The translations under genes and the position numbers were made by a program. DNA of 53,640 bases. It comes from an uncultured bacterium. Its GTDB lineage: Bacteria; Hydrothermota; Hydrothermia; LBFQ01. A model generated the notes under the pieces. That model was given only the letters and a program-made list of their open reading frames with translations. It made no database searches and had not been told where the DNA came from. Shown here in pieces: positions 46,683 to 53,640 of this stretch (the stretch's first letter is position 1; each line of letters starts with the position of its first letter). The DNA lies in assembly GCA_964426895.1 (NCBI GenBank), contig CAYRSH010000002.1, forward strand, positions 1 through 53,640. The letters run 5' to 3'.

Positions 46683-47368
46683 GGATTATCGTTTTTAGCA
46701 TTCTCCTTTCGTTTTTGGTTTCATCCTTTGAAATGGTTTATATTAGGAAATCGCCCCTTTTTTCAATCTTTGAAGGATATCTATACGATAGAACGGGGGT
46801 ACTCATTACCGTACTGTTTTGGAATACATTTGCTTTGGTTTTGGGTACGGTTCATATATACAAACTCTTACACATTTTGAAAATACCTTATGATATTCTA
46901 ATTTCCGGATTTGGAGGGGCGCTTATATTCGCTATATTCGGGGATTTGATTCCCAAAGTTTTGGCGGTAATATGGACGGAAAGGTTGTTTAATGTTTTGG
47001 TATATCCCTTTATAGTTTTATACCTCGTATTACGAACCTTGCGCGTAACGAATTTGGCATCAAAAATCTTAACATCAAAGTATTCAAGGCGGGAAGTTTT
47101 GGACTTCCTAATTTCAAACTTAAAGCAGTATATGGACGAGGGCGATATAAACTTTATCCGTTCAGTAGAAAAGCATCTACACAAACCGGCCAAAGACTAT
47201 GTTGTAAAAGGACTAAACGGGACAGATTTTATTGTTGATGAAAACAGTTCCTGCTTGGATGTTTTGAGTTTTATGAGGAAAAAAGGGATAACAAGGCTTT
47301 GCATTGGTAGTGCCGGTGTGTTTGATTTGCACGAATTCATAAAAACCATAGTAAAATCTCATCTTTAA
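46664..47368 (+). CDS. Short CNNM/DUF21-type membrane protein with a single CBS-like C-terminal segment
   Basis: 234 aa. SSFEMVYI and FGDLIPKVLA are DUF21-like. TTG start overlaps the bioY end. Confidence 0.55.
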   Translation: MEGLYIGIIVFSILLSFLVSSFEMVYIRKSPLFSIFEGYLYDRTGVLITVLFWNTFALVLGTVHIYKLLHILKIPYDILISGFGGALIFAIFGDLIPKVLAVIWTERLFNVLVYPFIVLYLVLRTLRVTNLASKILTSKYSRREVLDFLISNLKQYMDEGDINFIRSVEKHLHKPAKDYVVKGLNGTDFIVDENSSCLDVLSFMRKKGITRLCIGSAGVFDLHEFIKTIVKSHL

Positions 47369-47371
47369 AAT
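47360..47371 (+). promoter_or_regulatory. Promoter catctttaaaat for the nucleotidyltransferase unit
   Basis: TAAAAT 47366-47371 lies 11 nt before ATG 47383. Confidence 0.5.
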
Positions 47372-47382
47372 ACCTTCTCTAT

Positions 47383-48345
47383 ATGGAGGTTATTATTCCG
47401 GCGGCTGGTTTGGCAAAGAGGATGAGACCGCTTTCCTTTACGAGACCAAAGGCCATTATGCCGGTAGCGGGCAAACCAATAATCGGTCATATCCTTGACG
47501 AAATTAAAGGGTTAGAACCTAAGATACATTTGGTAATAGGGGAAAACGGCAAAGTAATATACGATTATGTGAGGGACATGGGGTTTAGCGTTGATTATGT
47601 AGTACAAAAGGATATGCTCGGATTGGGTTATGCGATATATCTAACAAGAGGACTCGTAAAATCCGAAAAAGTTCTCGTTATCTTGGGTGATACCCCTTTT
47701 AAAATGGAAAATCTATCCAAAGAGATAGAAATGGGAGATTTTATAGCCGTTAAAGAGGTTTTTAATCCACAGAGGTTTGGAGTGGTGAAGGTTGAGGGGG
47801 GAAGGATAGTGGATATGGTTGAAAAACCGTTGAATCCTCCGTCAAATCTCGCAATAGTTGGGGTATATTATTTTTCAAATGTTTCCCTTTTGTTTGAGGC
47901 ACTGGACTACATAATTTCAAACGATATACGCACAAAGGACGAATACCAATTAACGGATGCGATGAAACATATGATAAGTAAAGGTTGGAAACCTAGACCC
48001 GTTAAGGTTGATGAATGGCTGGATTGCGGAACATTAGACCAAATAATAATCTCGCAAAGGGAACTTTTGAAATATAACCAACACTATGTTTCACGTGAAA
48101 CGGTTCAAGTAATTGAACCCGTCTGGATTTCCGACGATGCAGAAATAGAGAACAGCGTCATAGGTCCAAATGTGCATATCGATAAAGGTTGCCTTATAAA
48201 GAACTCCATTATATCAAACAGCATTATATACCCCGGTTGTAAAATTGAGGATTCGGTAATAAACGACTCCATAGTCGGGGAAAATTCGGAAATAAACGGT
48301 TTTGTTGGGAAGATAAGGGTGGGTGATTATTCCTATGTGGGCTGA
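47383..48345 (+). CDS. Sugar-1-phosphate nucleotidyltransferase with C-terminal left-handed beta-helix
   Basis: 320 aa. IIPAAGLAKRMRPLSFTRPKAIMPVAGKPII N-terminus. Hexapeptide-like C-terminus (IENSVIGPNVHIDKGCLIKNSII). Confidence 0.85.
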   Translation: MEVIIPAAGLAKRMRPLSFTRPKAIMPVAGKPIIGHILDEIKGLEPKIHLVIGENGKVIYDYVRDMGFSVDYVVQKDMLGLGYAIYLTRGLVKSEKVLVILGDTPFKMENLSKEIEMGDFIAVKEVFNPQRFGVVKVEGGRIVDMVEKPLNPPSNLAIVGVYYFSNVSLLFEALDYIISNDIRTKDEYQLTDAMKHMISKGWKPRPVKVDEWLDCGTLDQIIISQRELLKYNQHYVSRETVQVIEPVWISDDAEIENSVIGPNVHIDKGCLIKNSIISNSIIYPGCKIEDSVINDSIVGENSEINGFVGKIRVGDYSYVG

Positions 48346-48754
48346 TATAGGATATATGTTAATCGCCGGATGGCTGAGTATATCCCTTTTTTATACCGCC
48401 GTTATAACCCCATCGGCGTTTAAAGGGATACCATCCGATAAGGTAGGTGATTTCTTAGGGTTAGTTTTTCCAAAATATTACAAGTGGGGTATGGTCTTTT
48501 TCCTCGTTTCATTTGCAATTTTCCTGTTTTCACGAGAATATATACAATCGTTTCTATCCTTTATAGGTTTTTTGTTCATGATATTTGCCGAAATCCTGAG
48601 GATTCGTATAAGGAAAACCCGTATGCAACTTAGAGAAAACCCTGCGGATACCGAGTTAAAAAGGCTTTTCGTTGATTTACACAGGTTCTCCGCCTATTGC
48701 AATTTTACATCCTTAACGGCATCGGTGTTGATCATCGTTCTAAAATGGTTTTAG
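48323..48754 (+). CDS. Small 4-TM membrane protein (DUF4149/TMEM205-like)
   Basis: 143 aa, hydrophobic profile only. Start GTG 48323 or ATG 48335. Confidence 0.4.
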   Translation: MIIPMWADIGYMLIAGWLSISLFYTAVITPSAFKGIPSDKVGDFLGLVFPKYYKWGMVFFLVSFAIFLFSREYIQSFLSFIGFLFMIFAEILRIRIRKTRMQLRENPADTELKRLFVDLHRFSAYCNFTSLTASVLIIVLKWF

Positions 48755-50124
48755 CCTTTTACTATATGTGGTATTCTTCGGGGAAATGGGGGGATGCGAC
48801 ATACACACCTTTGGAGTTTTACAATTCAACGGATTACAAAACATTAAAAAGACACTGTAAGGAGGCAAAGTATGCCAACATAGACGGTTTTATAATATCC
48901 TTTTGGGGTATTCACGAGATAAACAAATTGGAAATTGCCTCAAAGGTTTTTGAAAAATGTGGGTTAAAATATACGGTTTATGTTGAAGTAGGTAGATCCG
49001 CACGGGATGTTATAAATCAGGTGGATACAGCGTTAAAACTTTTCGGGGAAAGGAAGGGATTTTTAAGGATAAACGGAAAGCCAGTAGTCTTTTTATACGG
49101 TAGGGTAATGGATAATTTGAATACCGTTCAACTGGATAGCATATCAAGGGCGTTTAAAGATATTTTAATATTTGCGGATGAGAGGGGGCAGACGACGAAT
49201 ATTTTGTTCAGGAATTTGCATAAGTACATCGTTTTGAGCAGGGATACCAATTTTTATAAAAACTTTTGCAAATTTGTAATAGGATATTGCGCCGTTCCGG
49301 TATCTCCGGGTTTTAAAATGAAAAACAGGGATAAGCCATATGTTCCGCATCAAAACGGGAAGTTTTATATAGATGTATTAAAATTGGCAATTAATTCGGA
49401 TGCAGATATATTACTCATAACCTCGTTTAACGAGTGGTGGGAGGGAACAAATATAGAGCCTTCCAAGGAGTTTGGGGATTTGCATTTAAAAATAACACGA
49501 AAATATGCAAGGATTTTTAAGAAAACTCGCAAGGAAAACAAAAAGATATTTAACGAAAACATGAGTATCCCAAAGTTTAAAAACAAGGCCTGTTTTGTTT
49601 CAGAGCCAAAGGATTTTACACCCCTAATGTTTGAGGAATTGGAAATATTTAGGAAACCCGAGACATTAAAAGGTTGCGATTTGGTTATATATGCCACGGG
49701 TGAACATTACGATACCCTTTGGAATCCGTTTATAAAGGATTATTTAAACAATGGCGGTAAAATGCTAATAACCGGGGGTCCTTACCCTTTTTACTACGAT
49801 ATTTCGGGGAGATATGTCAATATGGCGGATAGGTTTGGTTTGAAGTTAGGGGTAGTTGATGATAAAATTCTACTGGGAGAATCCAAGACTTTTTTGATAG
49901 GTGAGGGGGATTCGGTGGAATTTATACCTTTTGGGGAGAGGAGGATAAGGGATTTAAGGGATTACGATGAGAAGTTTTACGAGATTTTGGTGTGCAAGCA
50001 AAGTTGTAAGGGGTTTGTGGTAAGCGGGAGGAAGGGAAATGTATATTATGTTTGGAAGGGTTTGGTTGATAGCCCTTATGGTGTAAAAATTGTTAGAAGG
50101 GTTTTAAGGCGAATGGGATTTTAA
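48745..50124 (+). CDS. GH99-like glycoside hydrolase domain fused to an unassigned C-terminal domain
   Basis: AFYYMWY, IDGFIISFWG and ITSFNEWWEGTNIEPS resemble GH99-type hydrolases. C-terminal CDLVIYATGEHYD...NNGGKMLITGG resembles class-I amidotransferase-like folds. No signal peptide. Confidence 0.6.
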   Translation: MVLAFYYMWYSSGKWGDATYTPLEFYNSTDYKTLKRHCKEAKYANIDGFIISFWGIHEINKLEIASKVFEKCGLKYTVYVEVGRSARDVINQVDTALKLFGERKGFLRINGKPVVFLYGRVMDNLNTVQLDSISRAFKDILIFADERGQTTNILFRNLHKYIVLSRDTNFYKNFCKFVIGYCAVPVSPGFKMKNRDKPYVPHQNGKFYIDVLKLAINSDADILLITSFNEWWEGTNIEPSKEFGDLHLKITRKYARIFKKTRKENKKIFNENMSIPKFKNKACFVSEPKDFTPLMFEELEIFRKPETLKGCDLVIYATGEHYDTLWNPFIKDYLNNGGKMLITGGPYPFYYDISGRYVNMADRFGLKLGVVDDKILLGESKTFLIGEGDSVEFIPFGERRIRDLRDYDEKFYEILVCKQSCKGFVVSGRKGNVYYVWKGLVDSPYGVKIVRRVLRRMGF

Positions 50125-51655
50125 CCTTTGCACTTTTCTCACCCTTAACATTAACCACCAAAAAGTAAAACCCCCTCCAAAGGTCATCCGTATCGACCGC
50201 AACCTGCCCCTTGGGTGAATTCGGTTTAAATGTTTGCTCCTTTACCAACCTACCCAAATCGTCATAAATTTTAACCCTCAACTCCTCAACTTTAAATTCG
50301 TATCCAAAGGATAAAACGAGTTTTTCGCCCTTTTTATAAACCTTCTTTGGTAGGGAAATTCCGGATGATATATTACCGTATGACAAACTGTTAATCCTGC
50401 CGGGTGTTCCACCCTTGGGGTCCTGTGTGGTTCCCCAATTACTGGGCTCGTTTGTGGATATGTAAGGGGAAACCCTTTCAAGGGATTTGTTATAACCCCC
50501 ACCAAAGGAAGAGGAATAATGCAAGCTGTCTATCGTAAAGTTTTCGGATTTTAAAACTATGTCATCACCCGAATCGTTAAACCTCGGGAAATTGGAAAGG
50601 TATAAATAATCAACTTCGGGGAATAGGTTTTTAAAGTTTGTATCCCCGGAAACCACTAAGAAACCCCCGGGCTCAACATCCCGAAATATACCCTTAGAAC
50701 AGGTGGAAGGGTCGCAGATCTTAAAATTCCTCAAATGCATTTTCCACTCGGAGATGTTATACAACTCCAACCACTCAATACCCTTATATGTAAGTTCGTT
50801 TATTATCAAAGTGGGTTGTCCGTATGTGTGTTGAAAGTATATTGAGTTATCGGATGTATCGCAATCCGTTGTATCCAAGGTTATACCTATATCGTTTGTA
50901 CCGTATTGGGTAAAACGGAAGGTTTTTGTAAACGAGTGTAGGGATTCCGGTTGTAATACCGATGATATGGTTTCACCCTTGGCACCGTTTATAACTAAGG
51001 ATACTTTAAAAGTGGCCGTCTCCGTCCCGTTGTTTTTAATGTTATAGACCACCCTAAGGGAATCCCAAAAGTTTAAGATATTATCCAAAGATATTGAGAA
51101 CTCATAAGGACAGGAAACGGAATTACCAAAACCCAAGGTATTGCCCGTTGGAGATCTTGACGGAAAGAATGTATTTATGTTTGGGGATTTTCTCTCGGCC
51201 GAAATCCCATCCCCGGTGGTCGGGAAAGGGCCAACCATATCCACCGTATCACCATAAGGGTTAATAAGGTATAGTGTATCGTTTTGGGATAAACCGTTTC
51301 CCAATTGAGCGTCGTTAACGGACATTAAAACCGTACCCGAGGGGAAGGAATAGGGGGTGGGGTTTGGGGATGAAGGATTTGTATAATCCCTGTCAAGTAT
51401 TACCCCGAATCCAAAAGGCGGCAGGCATGTGGATATTATGCAAGTTGGACAGGATTCCAAAACGGTACTGTCCGGAAAGGGAATTATGTTATCCGCATCA
51501 TATCTATCCTTTAAAACCCAACCATTAAGGCAAACGGTTGTATCCGAGGGGTTATATATTTCAATTGCCTCGTTATATAAACCCGCCGAGGATTCGTTTC
51601 CTAAGGGGTCGTACATCACCTCGTTTATGATAAAACCGAAGATAAAACTAAACAT
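50093..51655 (-). CDS. Lamin-tail-domain (LTD) x2 protein with C-terminal Por/T9SS-type sorting domain
   Basis: INEVMYDP...EAIEIYNPSDTTVCLNGWVLKD and INELTYKGIEWLELYN are LTD-like. C-terminus VKIYDDLGRLV...GFYFLVVNVKGEKSAKVKI is CTD-like. The ATG overlaps the gyrB stop by 8 nt. Confidence 0.7.
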   Translation of the reverse strand: MFSFIFGFIINEVMYDPLGNESSAGLYNEAIEIYNPSDTTVCLNGWVLKDRYDADNIIPFPDSTVLESCPTCIISTCLPPFGFGVILDRDYTNPSSPNPTPYSFPSGTVLMSVNDAQLGNGLSQNDTLYLINPYGDTVDMVGPFPTTGDGISAERKSPNINTFFPSRSPTGNTLGFGNSVSCPYEFSISLDNILNFWDSLRVVYNIKNNGTETATFKVSLVINGAKGETISSVLQPESLHSFTKTFRFTQYGTNDIGITLDTTDCDTSDNSIYFQHTYGQPTLIINELTYKGIEWLELYNISEWKMHLRNFKICDPSTCSKGIFRDVEPGGFLVVSGDTNFKNLFPEVDYLYLSNFPRFNDSGDDIVLKSENFTIDSLHYSSSFGGGYNKSLERVSPYISTNEPSNWGTTQDPKGGTPGRINSLSYGNISSGISLPKKVYKKGEKLVLSFGYEFKVEELRVKIYDDLGRLVKEQTFKPNSPKGQVAVDTDDLWRGFYFLVVNVKGEKSAKVKIPFALKPF

Positions 51656-53540
51656 CAAGGTTCTTCACAAATTTCGCATTGTTAAGTATAAACTCCCTTC
51701 TCTTTTCAACGACCTCACCCATAAGGATTGAGAATAGGTGATCGGCCTCTACGGCATCTTCCACGGTCACCTTCTTTAAAGTTCTGGTCTTGGGGTTCAT
51801 CGTAGTTTCCCACAACTGCTCCGGATTCATTTCCCCCAAACCCTTATACCTCTGGATTCTTATATCATCACCCCATTCCTTTCTAATCCTTTCAAGTTCC
51901 TCATCGGAATACAGATAAACAACATTTTTACCCTTCTGAACCCTATATAAAGGCGGCATTGCCACATATATATATCCCCTTTCAACAAGGGGCCTCATAA
52001 ACCTCCAAAACAGGGTTAAGAGTAGTGTTCTTATATGCGCCCCATCCACATCCGCATCGCTCATAATTATTATCTTTCCATACCTTGATTTATTGGGGTC
52101 GCATTCATCCTTTATACCACACCCTATTGCGGAAATTATGGCCTTAACCTCATTATTAGACAGGGCTTTAACCAAATTTGCCTTTTCCACATTTAGAATT
52201 TTACCCCTTATGGGCAATATCGCTTGTGTATGCCTGTCCCTGGCCTGTTTTGCACTACCGCCCGCCGAATCACCCTCAACTATAAAGAGTTCCGATGCCT
52301 TCGGGTCTTTACTTATACAATCCGCCAACTTACCGGGTAATGTATCCGATTCCAAAAAATTTTTCCTCTTTACTAGTTCCCTCGCCTTTTTCGCCGCTAT
52401 ACGGGATTTTGCGGTGGTTATGGCTTTTTGGATTATGATTTGCGCCACTTTTGGATTTTCCTCAAAAAACCTCCTTAAACCTTCATAAACAACGCTTTCA
52501 ACAAATGTTTTGGCGGATGGAGAACCCAACTTTGCCTTTGTCTGTCCCTCAAACTGTGGTTCGGGCATTTTTAGGTGCAATACAGCCACCAAACCCTCCC
52601 TAACATCATCACCGGAAAGGTTTTTACCCTTTAACTCCTTCAACATATTGTTCTTTTGGGCGTAATCGTTTATCACCCTTGTTAAGGCACTCCTAAGCCC
52701 GCTTACATGGGTACCACCATCTACGGTTTGTATTGTATTAACAAAAGATAAAATTTCCTCGTCATCGGTATCGTTATAGTGTAAGGCCAATTCTAACTCC
52801 ATATTGTCGTTGGATTTTTTGATATAAAAAGGGGGTGAAAACAAAGGCTTATTCCCCTCATCAACATAAAGTAGGAAATCCACCAAACCACCACTCTTAA
52901 AACTTTCCCCTTCACCGGTTTCCTCATCGTAAAACACGAATTCAACTTCCGGCACTAAATAGGATAATTCCCTTAACCTCCTTTTAATAAAGTTTTTATC
53001 CCAAACCTGTTCCCCGAAAATCTCGGGATCGGGTTTAAACCTTACTATTGTTCCCCTTTCATTCGTTTCACCGATTTCCTTTAACGGTTCAACTATATCC
53101 CCTCGGGAGAATTTAGCCTTATAAACCTTCCCATCCCTCTTAACCACCACCTCCAACCATTCGGATAGGGCATTAACAACCGACGCACCCACCCCGTGCA
53201 ACCCTCCGGAAACCTGATAAATCTTTCTATCAAACTTTCCACCTGCGTGCAATACCGTAAAAACCACCTCAACACCACTTAAACCCAATTCGGGATGTTT
53301 ATCAACGGGTATTCCCCTTCCGTCATCCTCAACGGAAATGGAACCATCCGAATGAACCACAGCCCTTATTTTGCTAACATATCCCGCCAAAGCCTCATCA
53401 ACGGAATTATCAAGGATTTCCAAAAACAGGTGGTGAAATCCCCTTTTACCGGTATCGCCTATATACATTGCGGGCCTTTTCCTTACTCCTTCAAGGCCCT
53501 TAAGAACCTTTATATCCTTTGCCGAGTATTGCGTTTGCAT
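51648..53540 (-). CDS. gyrB: DNA gyrase subunit B
   Basis: LEGVRKRPAMYIGDT, GGLHGVGASVVNALS, EGDSAGGSAKQARDR and PLRGKILNVEKA motifs. Start set at M16 (53540) from the promoter geometry. Confidence 0.96.
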   Translation of the reverse strand: MQTQYSAKDIKVLKGLEGVRKRPAMYIGDTGKRGFHHLFLEILDNSVDEALAGYVSKIRAVVHSDGSISVEDDGRGIPVDKHPELGLSGVEVVFTVLHAGGKFDRKIYQVSGGLHGVGASVVNALSEWLEVVVKRDGKVYKAKFSRGDIVEPLKEIGETNERGTIVRFKPDPEIFGEQVWDKNFIKRRLRELSYLVPEVEFVFYDEETGEGESFKSGGLVDFLLYVDEGNKPLFSPPFYIKKSNDNMELELALHYNDTDDEEILSFVNTIQTVDGGTHVSGLRSALTRVINDYAQKNNMLKELKGKNLSGDDVREGLVAVLHLKMPEPQFEGQTKAKLGSPSAKTFVESVVYEGLRRFFEENPKVAQIIIQKAITTAKSRIAAKKARELVKRKNFLESDTLPGKLADCISKDPKASELFIVEGDSAGGSAKQARDRHTQAILPIRGKILNVEKANLVKALSNNEVKAIISAIGCGIKDECDPNKSRYGKIIIMSDADVDGAHIRTLLLTLFWRFMRPLVERGYIYVAMPPLYRVQKGKNVVYLYSDEELERIRKEWGDDIRIQRYKGLGEMNPEQLWETTMNPKTRTLKKVTVEDAVEADHLFSILMGEVVEKRREFILNNAKFVKNLDV

Positions 53541-53548
53541 AAGTGGGA

Positions 53549-53554
53549 ATTTTA
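53549..53554 (-). promoter_or_regulatory. -10 TAAAAT for gyrB
   Basis: Minus strand reads TAAAAT tcccactt ATG. Same geometry and TCCC discriminator as ndk. Confidence 0.5.
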
Positions 53555-53640
53555 ATTCCGTTAAGTTTTCCCGTGGGAAATGCAAAACTTGACAAAAGAT
53601 ACATTCGTAGGCATAATTGAAAGGTTATGTACAGGTTAAG

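Noticed and set aside
1-53640. CRISPR arrays, IS elements, integrases, prophage genes, toxin-antitoxin pairs, and reverse transcriptases (retron or DGR).
   Set aside because: None was seen. The only repeats are the intragenic acidic-W and DLY micro-repeats and the recurring promoter motif. Every long ORF is accounted for by housekeeping, envelope or hypothetical genes.

Overview
The window is 53.6 kb of low-GC (about 40% by eye), very gene-dense DNA. It appears to come from a diderm bacterium: lpxK, a heptosyltransferase and an O-antigen-ligase-like gene are present. The K/E/I/Y-rich proteins suggest a thermophile. By inference only, several markers point to an uncultivated FCB-superphylum-like lineage: C-terminal Por/T9SS-type sorting domains, a PUR-like DUF3276 protein and a GGGPS-family gene.

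I support about 50 CDS, one tRNA-Thr(CGU) and one multi-lesion SF1 helicase pseudogene. I saw no rRNA, CRISPR array, transposase, integrase or phage genes.

The content is mostly core housekeeping:
- gyrB
- recA-dnaG-rpoD
- murB-ftsA-ftsZ-ftsX
- serS, radA, ndk, miaA, mnmA
- phoH-pgpH
- hutU
- two acyl-CoA dehydrogenases and a carboxyltransferase
- an envelope glycan cluster

The observations most worth follow-up are:
1. A 74-aa protein whose last 50 residues are only D, E and W. It carries a perfect copy of the local promoter motif.
2. Next to it, a roughly 200-nt GC-enriched, hairpin-rich noncoding island upstream of bioY. I could not assign it to any RNA class.
3. A recurring extended -10 motif (CA[ACT]C[CT][CT]TTA[AT]AAT-like) lying 6-12 nt from the start codon of nearly every first gene. 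This implies mostly leaderless mRNAs.
4. An orphan nuoN translationally coupled to a GGGPS/PcrB-family prenyl-glycerol-phosphate synthase.
5. A decayed Upf1-like helicase pseudogene next to a lower-GC orphan TPR protein with an eroded P-loop.
6. Systematic 3' overlap of convergent genes.

All functional calls come from reading motifs in the supplied translations by eye. No database search was run.
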